Virus record (IMG/VR): IMGVR_UViG_3300014658_000002
Coordinates: 1-55,236 of that record
Direction: 5' to 3' (one strand)
DNA from: a virus
Lineage: Duplodnaviria > Caudoviricetes
Length of the DNA stretch: 55,236 bases
A model generated the notes under the pieces. It worked only from the letters and a program-made list of their open reading frames with translations. It was not told the origin of the DNA and did not search any database. Each line of letters starts with the position of its first letter. Position 1 is the first letter of the stretch. A program made the position numbers and the translations under genes. Positions 28,506-35,766 of the stretch are shown here, one piece after another.

Positions 28506-28558
28506 TAATTGCAATTCGTTGCAATTTATTGCTTGATATTGCAATACATTGTGATAAT
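28498..28558 (+). repeat. Six direct repeats at exact 10-bp period overlapping the early promoter
   Basis: ATTGCTA, ATTGCAA, GTTGCAA, ATTGCTT, ATTGCAA, ATTGTGA at 28498, 28508, 28518, 28528, 28538, 28548; extended -10 TGtGATAAT at 28550-28558. Confidence 0.8.
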
Positions 28559-28779
28559 CTGGTCACGTTGATGAGTTGAGGGCACGCCCCAGGTTGCCAT
28601 CCATGAGATGGGTACGCAAGGCCAATACGGATCAATGATCAGCACATATCGGATGCGTTTTCGCTGTAGTTCACCGCGAGAACACATCAGAGGCAATCAG
28701 CCATGACAATCATCTACAACTGCAAAGCCTGCAAGCGTGGACACCGCGTAGAGATACATCAGATGAGGAGGAAAAGAAC

Positions 28780-28974
28780 ATGACCATGAATCAAGTGAGC
28801 AAGTTGGCTTTGAATATCGCCCGCAAATACAAAGACGCTGAGTCGGTTCGCCGTGGGGACATTATCCGCGATGTGGTGCGCACCAACAAGCTGAACATGG
28901 AAGAGTCGCTCATTCTTGCCGACTGCATTGTCAAGGGCATGTACGCGGCTGGAAAGACAGTGGTGATCGCATGA
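28780..28974 (+). CDS. Early hypothetical protein
   Basis: GAGGAGG RBS. Confidence 0.7.
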   Translation: MTMNQVSKLALNIARKYKDAESVRRGDIIRDVVRTNKLNMEESLILADCIVKGMYAAGKTVVIA

Positions 28975-29345
28975 ACGGACTGGAAACGATCAATTGGATT
29001 GATACCGACTATGAAGACCCGCCAGTGGGTGAAACTGTTCTTGTGTTCGGTGGCCTTGCGTTCATCAACGCACAAGGCGTTTGGTATACAGAAATGGAGC
29101 ATCCTCCTCGCCCTATTATGTGGCGCGTTACTCACTGGGCAGTTCGTCCAGACCCGCCGCAATACCTGATAGATCAGACAGAAGAACAGCGCAAGTTGCG
29201 AGATATGGTCAAGTCTATCCATCAACCATTTAACGGGTTCACGCGCCCTACTGGGTGCCGTTGCCATGCCGATGGAACCATGAACATTGAGTGCCCTGTT
29301 CACCGCAATGGAATTGTTGCATCAATTGGAATTATGGGGTTATAG
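28971..29345 (+). CDS. DUF551-like early protein
   Basis: WID...PPVGETVLV...VTHW pattern. Confidence 0.6.
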   Translation: MNGLETINWIDTDYEDPPVGETVLVFGGLAFINAQGVWYTEMEHPPRPIMWRVTHWAVRPDPPQYLIDQTEEQRKLRDMVKSIHQPFNGFTRPTGCRCHADGTMNIECPVHRNGIVASIGIMGL

Positions 29346-29354
29346 GAGAACGCA

Positions 29355-29663
29355 ATGACTATTTGTCCTGATTGTGGTACGCGACAGCATTACGTATGTA
29401 ACCCAAAGCGGAAAAATCCAGACTTTAGCTATCGCATTGACGGCATGTTCGCGCTCATCCTGCCCGAGTCGCCCGCTGGCGAGAAAGCAATGCCTGAGTT
29501 GATGGCAATGACGGATGGGACCGCGAAAGTGTTCGCCACGCAGCTACAGGCGCTCAAGGCCGATCTACACCGCGCTGGATACACCATTCGCAAGCGGTCG
29601 ACACGTAAGACGTGCAGCAAGGCTGATATTGAGCATCTTTTTGGGCAACTTCAGGCCAATTAA
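29355..29663 (+). CDS. Early hypothetical protein
   Basis: AGGAG RBS; CPDC at the N-terminus. Confidence 0.65.
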   Translation: MTICPDCGTRQHYVCNPKRKNPDFSYRIDGMFALILPESPAGEKAMPELMAMTDGTAKVFATQLQALKADLHRAGYTIRKRSTRKTCSKADIEHLFGQLQAN

Positions 29664-29699
29664 CCGGTTTAGTGCAATATCGCACATTTTGGAGGATTT

Positions 29700-29825
29700 A
29701 TGTCCATTTCAACCGCGAAAGCGAAGCTCTACAAGACAGCTTGGATCATCGCCTCACACCGCGCAGCTTGCGTCTGGGCAGTCCTACGCTCCAAACAGAT
29801 GAACGGAAAGCAGGTAGCAGCATGA
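29700..29825 (+). CDS. 41-aa peptide not in ORF track (MSISTAKAKLYKTAWIIASH...)
   Basis: GGAGG RBS right after a palindrome copy; ATGA overlap with next gene. Confidence 0.55.
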   Translation: MSISTAKAKLYKTAWIIASHRAACVWAVLRSKQMNGKQVAA

Positions 29826-30175
29826 CCAACGAATACATCGACATGATGAAGGCGCAAGGCTGGAAGGTGTACTATCGCCCCGCTAAAGGCACGTTCAAGG
29901 GCGAATACTGCTACGTGACCGATGGAACCAACATTGCCTACGCGCAATGGAGCGATGGCCGGCCATCCGTCAGCACCGTCCACATGCCAAACAGACAGAC
30001 CGGCACCGGCTTTCAATTCGCCGACCGCATCACCGCTGAAACGGTCAGCAAGGCTATGTCCACCCTGGCTCCGTCATGGGCGCGTCAGGCGGATGTGTCC
30101 AGCGTCCACAAGTACAAGAATTGGGAAGCCTTCCACAAAGCCAACAGCTTCAACTCGGAACTGGTCGAAGCTTAG
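29822..30175 (+). CDS. Early hypothetical protein
   Basis: Start MTNEY coupled to the upstream peptide. Confidence 0.7.
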   Translation: MTNEYIDMMKAQGWKVYYRPAKGTFKGEYCYVTDGTNIAYAQWSDGRPSVSTVHMPNRQTGTGFQFADRITAETVSKAMSTLAPSWARQADVSSVHKYKNWEAFHKANSFNSELVEA

Positions 30176-30248
30176 TGCAATATCGCACCTGTCTAACCAG
30201 GAAACCTCGGTAGCAGCTTAACCGCAGTACCCACCCAGAAAGGGAATC

Positions 30249-30725
30249 ATGGAACTCACCACCACATTAAATCTGCTACACAAAGCCCATGCCTGTGCGC
30301 CACGATACAAAGTTCTGCTCACAGCGCTGGGAACTAACTATCCACCAGACAGACCCATCAATCTGCTTACTATTCTCAACCTCAATGGCTTGGATGATGC
30401 GCTGTGGGCTCTATGCGCAACTGCCGAGAATTGCGATAAAGTAGCGCGCCTAATGGCCGCAGATTTTGCCGGCCAAGTTTTGCCCATTTGGCAGCAATAC
30501 TCAGACGATAAACGCCCCGCATCGGCAATCAAAGCCGCACGAGACTTTGCCAATGGGCTTATCACGGCTGCTGCGAGGGATGCTGCGGGGGCTGCTGCGG
30601 GGGCTGCTGCGAGGGATGCTGCGGGGGCTGCTGCGAGGGCTGCTGCGGGGGCTGCTGCGGGGGGTGCTGCGAGGGACAAACAGAAAGAAATCTTTATAGC
30701 ATATCTCCAGCCCGAGGTAATCTAA
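30249..30725 (+). CDS. Phage protein with Ala-rich tetrapeptide repeats (Imm5-like helical region)
   Basis: AGAAAGGGAA RBS; NGLDDALWAL...AADFA.QVLPIW...DKRP..AI.AARDFA.G followed by AARD/AAGA repeats. Confidence 0.75.
   Translation: MELTTTLNLLHKAHACAPRYKVLLTALGTNYPPDRPINLLTILNLNGLDDALWALCATAENCDKVARLMAADFAGQVLPIWQQYSDDKRPASAIKAARDFANGLITAAARDAAGAAAGAAARDAAGAAARAAAGAAAGGAARDKQKEIFIAYLQPEVI
30566..30673 (+). repeat. Nine 12-bp tandem repeats GG(C/A/G)TGCTGCG(A/G)G
   Basis: Read directly; encodes the Ala-rich repeats. Confidence 0.9.
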
Positions 30726-30925
30726 TGGCACAAAAACAACAGCTTGATGCCGACCACGAGTACTTTACCGTAAAGCAAACGGCAGCGTACTTGCAAGTGT
30801 CCGAACGCACCATCCATACTTACATCAAAACCGGCCGGCTGGAATACTCGCAGCCTGTACGTCGGGGTGCAATCCGCATCAGCAAGACGGCAATCGACAA
30901 TCTCATGGAAGGCAAGAAGCCGTGA
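30725..30925 (+). CDS. Second excisionase-like HTH_17 protein
   Basis: YFTVKQTAAYLQVSERTIHTYIKTGRL...AIRISKTAI. Confidence 0.85.
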   Translation: MAQKQQLDADHEYFTVKQTAAYLQVSERTIHTYIKTGRLEYSQPVRRGAIRISKTAIDNLMEGKKP

Positions 30926-30964
30926 TTTGGTGCAATCTTGCACCGAAGAAAAGGGGAAAACCAG

Positions 30965-31297
30965 ATGCCCACGTTGTATAGTCGTATTCCCATCGAAATC
31001 ATCGACCGCCTGGCGCAGGAAGCGCAAGACAAGGCCGATGCAGAGCGCGCCACCTATGGCCGACTGGATTGCGTGGCCGACCACCTGGCGCATGAGGCCA
31101 GCGAGTACCGCCGGGCCGTGGATATGCAAATCGCAGATGACCTGGACATGCAGATGGGCGGAATGGCTTTGGTGGATGAAACCGCACCGGCTACTCCGTC
31201 TGACCCGCCACGTTGCTTCCGCGGACTAGCACTTACGGCTCTTTTCTCGCTGCCGGTATGTGCAATCGTTGCATGGCTCATTTGGAGGGCGCTATGA
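30965..31297 (+). CDS. Hypothetical protein with C-terminal membrane anchor
   Basis: AGGGG RBS; hydrophobic C-terminus. Confidence 0.65.
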   Translation: MPTLYSRIPIEIIDRLAQEAQDKADAERATYGRLDCVADHLAHEASEYRRAVDMQIADDLDMQMGGMALVDETAPATPSDPPRCFRGLALTALFSLPVCAIVAWLIWRAL

Positions 31298-31497
31298 CCC
31301 GCCAGCAAGCGGCGTGGCACCACCGCCCGTACGATGTGGATGCGGAAGACTCCTTTTATGACCATGAGAGCGTGAAAGAGTACCCGTTTACCAACATTCT
31401 CGGCAATACTCAAAACGTGAGTCACCGTCGGATAGATAACACAACCATTTTTTGTGCCATCACGCTCATTCTTTGGGTGTTGGCAATGATCTTCTGA
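31294..31497 (+). CDS. Small protein with C-terminal membrane anchor
   Basis: ATGA overlap (MTRQQAAW...); hydrophobic C-terminus. Confidence 0.5.
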   Translation: MTRQQAAWHHRPYDVDAEDSFYDHESVKEYPFTNILGNTQNVSHRRIDNTTIFCAITLILWVLAMIF

Positions 31498-31590
31498 TCT
31501 CTCCACAACCCACCCAAGCTGACGGCATGGAAAACCATGCTGAGCTATCGGGTGCTCGTCCACTAATCCACGCAGTCGATGTTCCCTCCC

Positions 31591-31715
31591 AAAAACCAAG
31601 AGGCCCAACCGTAAGGAAGGGCCTCTAAGCCGGAAGAGAAAGGGAAACGGTGCGGGGCTCCATCAAGTGTTGTTCAGGCAAAAGATGGACGAGGTTTGGG
31701 ACCAGAACCCCGCAC
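31591..31715 (-). ncRNA. Putative small RNA 2 (~120 nt): 5' hairpin, anti-RBS linker, terminator
   Basis: 5' stem GTGCGGGG/CCCCGCAC; linker CGTTTCCCTTTCT; terminator stem 31599-31626 with T-rich tail. Confidence 0.65.
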
Positions 31716-31719
31716 TTGA

Positions 31720-31749
31720 AGTATAACCGTTCTTCATGCTAGGATGCAA
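31720..31749 (-). promoter_or_regulatory. Promoter of sRNA 2
   Basis: TTGCAT-N18-TATACT-TCAAGTGCG, homologous to 20870-20899. Confidence 0.7.
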
Positions 31750-31779
31750 TTGTTCAGGTAAAAGATTGCGACAATCTCT

Positions 31780-32170
31780 GACAATTCGGTTCTCGTCAAG
31801 GTTCCCGCTTTCGTGCGCCTGGGCCACGTCTCTGCATGGCATTGCATCCCGGAGAGGGCACAACGTGTACAGGATGAGAGCGGCTGTCCAGTGTCTAATA
31901 AACAATCACCAGAGTTTGAGCCGAGCAAATGCAGCCCCGGTGTCGATGATGGCCTTGTCGCCGCGCCGCCAGGGTCACGGGGATCGGCAAATCAGCAGGT
32001 AAGGGTTCCCCTACTGAGAGGCGGGGCTTTCCGGGTTCAGGTGACCACTTCCTTCCCGGTCCGTTATGAGACGTACCAAGAACCCATAGAACTGCGCTGG
32101 TTGGCTCCGATGATTAACTCCACCAGATGCAGGGACTACAGGTCTCTACGGGGAAAGTGGGAAGTGTATC
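31780..32170 (+). ncRNA. Putative non-coding region B / long leader of gene 32184
   Basis: No convincing ORF; starts with the 44-nt block shared with 20929-20972. Confidence 0.4.
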
Positions 32171-32183
32171 TGAAAGGGAAACG

Positions 32184-32441
32184 ATGAGCGACTTACTTGA
32201 CATGGATTACATCAACAGTCTTCCTCAGCCGATCTACGGGCGCATGTTGGGTGATAAAAACAATTGGTGGCCCGTGATTGATTTCGAGGTCGGAACCGGC
32301 TTGATGCATATCGACGTGTGCGGTAAATCACAGCTAACACATGTGCGCGAGTTTGCCTCGTTTATGGATATCTGCGAACGGAAATATCAATCAGATGCTT
32401 TATATTCGGACGCCACACAAGAGGATCGTGTTTGTATCTAA
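32184..32441 (+). CDS. Hypothetical protein
   Basis: GAAAGGGAAACG RBS before MSDLLDMDYINSLPQP. Confidence 0.7.
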   Translation: MSDLLDMDYINSLPQPIYGRMLGDKNNWWPVIDFEVGTGLMHIDVCGKSQLTHVREFASFMDICERKYQSDALYSDATQEDRVCI

Positions 32442-32465
32442 GAAGCAAAGACAGAGAGGAGAAAA

Positions 32466-32939
32466 ATGAAGATTTACGTTGCAAGTAGCTGGCGGAATGA
32501 TTACCAACCGGGGGCGGTGAGACGGTTGCGCGAGTTGGGGCATGAGGTATATGACTTTCGCGGCTGTGATACCGGATGGGGAAGCGCAACAGATAGAGTT
32601 GGAATCCCCGGAGGATTCTCTTGGTCGAACGTAGATCCCGATTGGAAGAGTTGGTCCAATGACGTTCCGCGCTATCTTCGCGGACTTGAACATCCACGTG
32701 CCATTGAAGGCTACAACCGAGACATGAACGCTCTCAAAAGGGCTGACGCCTGTATCCTCGTGAATCCCTGCGGTCAATCGGCACACGCCGAGCTTGGGTG
32801 GGCTGCTGGAGCCGGTAAGCTCACCGCTGCTTGGTGTCCAGAGATTCGAGAACCCGATTTAATGCTCAAGATGGCAGGACACATAACCGACCGCTGGGAA
32901 TCCATCGAGCTATGGTTAAGGGTTCCACTCGATTTGTAA
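32466..32939 (+). CDS. Nucleoside 2-deoxyribosyltransferase-like protein
   Basis: KIYVASS...D..AL..ADACILV.PCG.SAH.ELGWA.G.GK matches the NDT-superfamily pattern. Confidence 0.75.
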   Translation: MKIYVASSWRNDYQPGAVRRLRELGHEVYDFRGCDTGWGSATDRVGIPGGFSWSNVDPDWKSWSNDVPRYLRGLEHPRAIEGYNRDMNALKRADACILVNPCGQSAHAELGWAAGAGKLTAAWCPEIREPDLMLKMAGHITDRWESIELWLRVPLDL

Positions 32940-33021
32940 ATCGGTGCAATCTTTCACTAAATAACCACACATGCAGGGAATGTCAACGTTGGCACTAAGG
33001 TGTATGAAGAGAAAGGGTGAA

Positions 33022-33318
33022 ATGCCTGACGTAATAATCATCGACCGATGGAAGATCGTTTACGACTGCGTGAAGGAGCGTGGCTCATACAGCACTGGAA
33101 AAGGGTTGTACAACGACAATCACGTTAAGAAGCTGATCGAGGAAGTTAGCCGACTAGAAGCGGGTTTGATAGCTGCGGCAATGTCGCTCGAAACAATCCA
33201 CGAGCAGGCGGGGCGGGATGAATTCCTGATCCATATGCTTCAGGTGCGCGGCTATGCCAACAGCCGGGCGACAGTAGCTCGTGCGGCTTTGACAGACACC
33301 AGAAAGGAAGAACGATGA
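33022..33318 (+). CDS. Hypothetical protein
   Basis: AAAGGG RBS before MPDVIII. Confidence 0.55.
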   Translation: MPDVIIIDRWKIVYDCVKERGSYSTGKGLYNDNHVKKLIEEVSRLEAGLIAAAMSLETIHEQAGRDEFLIHMLQVRGYANSRATVARAALTDTRKEER

Positions 33319-33531
33319 AGCCTGAGTTGATTTTCCGGAGGGCAAATGAGGACAGTTTCAAGTATTGCTTCGGAATTAACCTCGCCTTTGGCAAGGCTGG
33401 TCTAATCTTCGAGGTAATGTTTTTGTTTTGGGGTTTCCAAGTCAACTGGCTGAAAGCGAACTTCTATTGCGAGTAGGCTTCCGGTGTGTGTTGGAGGATG
33501 AAATAAAAAGTGGAATAATTTGTGCTCGATT

Positions 33532-33858
33532 TTACAATTTATTCAACAGAATCTCCAGAATGTCGTTGATGGCTTCCCCGGAGGTCGCCATCTCAGTCGT
33601 GTACGCTAGCGGTCTGTATCCCGCTTTAACCGCAGAGTTCTGCTTGGCGCAGTCTCTAGCCTGCCCAACCCCCCGTGAATGTCCTCCGCGAGTCCAGGTG
33701 CCTCCCTGTATCTCTATGGCGAGGTCCTTTACGACAAAATCCCATCGCCATTTCCGGCCGGAGACTAAATAAACTTCACGCTCGAATGGAATGCCGTGGG
33801 CTCGGAGATGCAAAGCGAGTGTTTCCTCGCCGACGCTGCCAGCTTTAGGAATTAGCAT
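33532..33858 (-). CDS. PD-(D/E)xK endonuclease (DUF559/Vsr-like; possible resolvase)
   Basis: FERE...RKWRWDF....LAIEIQGG.W..G.H.R..G...D..K.N.A...GY. Confidence 0.8.
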   Translation of the reverse strand: MLIPKAGSVGEETLALHLRAHGIPFEREVYLVSGRKWRWDFVVKDLAIEIQGGTWTRGGHSRGVGQARDCAKQNSAVKAGYRPLAYTTEMATSGEAINDILEILLNKL

Positions 33859-34012
33859 CTTTCCTCTTTCGGATCGCATTGCGGCTGGTGACCGCTCTAA
33901 AGCCGTCCTCGAATTCAATCAGACACGAGTTCATGGTTCCACGAAAAATGACCCGGAAGAACTGACCTTTCCGCCCCATCCGGTTCCATGCGTAGAAATA
34001 TGGGTATTCCAT
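33845..34012 (-). CDS. Small hypothetical protein
   Basis: MEYPYFYAWNRMGRKGQ...; AGGGG RBS. Confidence 0.55.
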   Translation of the reverse strand: MEYPYFYAWNRMGRKGQFFRVIFRGTMNSCLIEFEDGFRAVTSRNAIRKRKDANS

Positions 34013-34371
34013 CAGAACCCCTTCACAACCAAAATCGGCCGGTCTGGTCGCAGCATCTTGATTCCCTGCCCGTGATCGCTGATAAGATGACAGCGCCAGC
34101 ACTGCCAGGTCAGCCATTGGCCGTCAGGTCCGTCTTCCGTCTCTCTCCAGCCGAATCTAGCCTTAGCTCTCCCATGCGCCAGATGGCCTCTGTGCCACAG
34201 ATCGCCGTCAAGTGGTAGGATAGCCTGTCCTGAGCACTCGGAGTGTATCTGGGATTCGCAGATGCCGTGAGCGCGATCTCTGGCAGCGATGCGAGTCTGT
34301 TCTTTCTCGGCTTTGCTGGGCTCACCTTTGCGCAGGGTCTTGCGGATGGGATTCAGTCTAGTTCTCTTCAT
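34012..34371 (-). CDS. HNH-like/Zn-binding protein
   Basis: MKRTRL start; RD..GICE...C...HLAH...CWRCH. Confidence 0.6.
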   Translation of the reverse strand: MKRTRLNPIRKTLRKGEPSKAEKEQTRIAARDRAHGICESQIHSECSGQAILPLDGDLWHRGHLAHGRAKARFGWRETEDGPDGQWLTWQCWRCHLISDHGQGIKMLRPDRPILVVKGF

Positions 34372-35008
34372 CGTGCTCCTGATTGAAATCTATAGCATAG
34401 GCCAGCAACTGGCCGGCTCGGTCTTCAATATCCAACTTTTTCCCAATCCACGAAAGAAACTGATCTACTTCTGCGTATTCACTCGCAGAATAGGTCAACC
34501 TGAGCGTCCTTCGTCCCTCCAAGGCTTGTCCATGCTCCTTGGTGAGCTTGGCTGCAAACTGCTCTTCAGAAAGCGTCTGTGCAGCCTCCAGCACGTCTGG
34601 AAGGGATCTGACGGAACTGCTGACCTTGGTTAACGTGAGGATATTGCATCTCGGCACATCTACCAGCTTCTCCATCGGCACATCGGGGAGTTTGTTCACG
34701 GTCGCCAGCGCCTCTTGGTTGTAGCGCCAGGACTTCGGAAACATGACCTTGTTAAATCGGTCCAGCGACCGGAAGGGCTTGCCGACTTCCTCATCCTCAA
34801 AGAACTGGTATATTTTCTTCTCCTCGGCGATCTTCATGGCAGCACCGCGGAGCGCGTAGACCTGCCGCGTCATGGACTCAATACGCTCGTCTGCTGCCTC
34901 TACGGTACGAAGAATGTCCAAGACTGGTTTAGCGGCCTGCTCTGAGGTCATGGCGCGGATGGCATCGAAGTTTGGCGCGGGGAGTTGATGCAAGATTGCA
35001 CTAGCCAT
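34358..35008 (-). CDS. Hypothetical helical protein
   Basis: GGAG RBS; coupled ORF; palindrome copy in its first codons. Confidence 0.7.
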   Translation of the reverse strand: MASAILHQLPAPNFDAIRAMTSEQAAKPVLDILRTVEAADERIESMTRQVYALRGAAMKIAEEKKIYQFFEDEEVGKPFRSLDRFNKVMFPKSWRYNQEALATVNKLPDVPMEKLVDVPRCNILTLTKVSSSVRSLPDVLEAAQTLSEEQFAAKLTKEHGQALEGRRTLRLTYSASEYAEVDQFLSWIGKKLDIEDRAGQLLAYAIDFNQEHDEEN

Positions 35009-35300
35009 TGCGTAGCTCCATGGCTAATTGGCCAAACTCGTATTCCTCTAACTGTGCACAGCGGTCGCACGTTTCGAGAATTCCATTAGAGCAAACCTCG
35101 CATGATTCGGGTTCGGCTAGATCGTCACATGGGTGTCCGGCTCCACAATATTCATCGAGTAACCAATATACCGTCCCGCTCCCACGGCAGTCTGGACACG
35201 GCACACATTCACATGGGCTAGCTTCTAGATCCTTAACCCACTGAGGTTTTTCGCTCATAGATTCCTTTCGGTAAACACTCCCACAACTCATCAAGCCCAT
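35001..35300 (-). CDS. Cys-rich DnaJ-type zinc-finger protein (start probably 35258)
   Basis: CPDCRGSG...CEVCSNG...CDRC. Confidence 0.6.
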   Translation of the reverse strand: MGLMSCGSVYRKESMSEKPQWVKDLEASPCECVPCPDCRGSGTVYWLLDEYCGAGHPCDDLAEPESCEVCSNGILETCDRCAQLEEYEFGQLAMELRNG

Positions 35301-35766
35301 ATTCCTTGATAATCCGCTTAACTTCTCGCTGCCCGGCTCGTCTCTGTGCTGCTTCAGGCTCCAGTTTATCGCGCAATGCTCTGCCTCGCACAGCTATATT
35401 ACGCTCCACTACACGCCAATAGTTTAGCTCCCCAGGGATGACTGCCTGAGCCATGATCGCAAGTCCATGTTGGCGCTCTAACAGTTTCAACCGTTCCTCA
35501 TCCTTGCGCCGTTGCTCCCACTCCGGGTTGGGATTGAATTCGTTCAGAGCCAGGTCGCGTATCTTGATGCCCATCGCTGCGACGATCTCATCTCTCGTGC
35601 AGCCGGTGAAACAGTGGAGGCGAATCCAACCGTCCTCACTTTGCCACACGCTCAAGCTACGGTTACGGTCACCATTGTGGTGCATTGTGGTGCAGGGACA
35701 ACGGCACATCCAGCGGTTACCGGACTTCTTGCCATGGAGTTGATGGGCTATCTGCGATGCAGTCAT
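35233..35766 (-). CDS. Primase-type Zn-binding-domain protein without a TOPRIM domain
   Basis: WMCRCP...H..GD.N.SLSV......IRLHCFTGC...EIVAAMGI..RDL. Confidence 0.75.
   Translation of the reverse strand: MTASQIAHQLHGKKSGNRWMCRCPCTTMHHNGDRNRSLSVWQSEDGWIRLHCFTGCTRDEIVAAMGIKIRDLALNEFNPNPEWEQRRKDEERLKLLERQHGLAIMAQAVIPGELNYWRVVERNIAVRGRALRDKLEPEAAQRRAGQREVKRIIKEYGLDELWECLPKGIYERKTSVG

Noticed and set aside
28567-28580. Hammerhead ribozyme core (TGATGAG)
   Set aside because: Lacks the CUGA and a correctly placed GAAA core
30926-30945. Palindrome read as a sigma54 promoter or NtrC box
   Set aside because: GG-to-GC spacing is 9 rather than 10 nt, most copies lack GG, and arm order is opposite to NtrC sites
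29664-30945. CRISPR or mini-array made of the repeated motif
   Set aside because: Repeats are only 14-17 bp and separated by hundreds of bp of coding DNA; no cas operon
31607-31619. AACCGTAAGGA resembling 16S rRNA helix 44 or SRP helix 8 tips
   Set aside because: Only a generic GNRA hairpin tip; no flanking rRNA or SRP similarity
31663-32187. ORFs of 64-124 aa across the second cassette (and 20762..21061 in the first)
   Set aside because: No good RBS, atypical composition, frames not preserved between the copies outside the 44-nt block; a short coding role is not fully excluded
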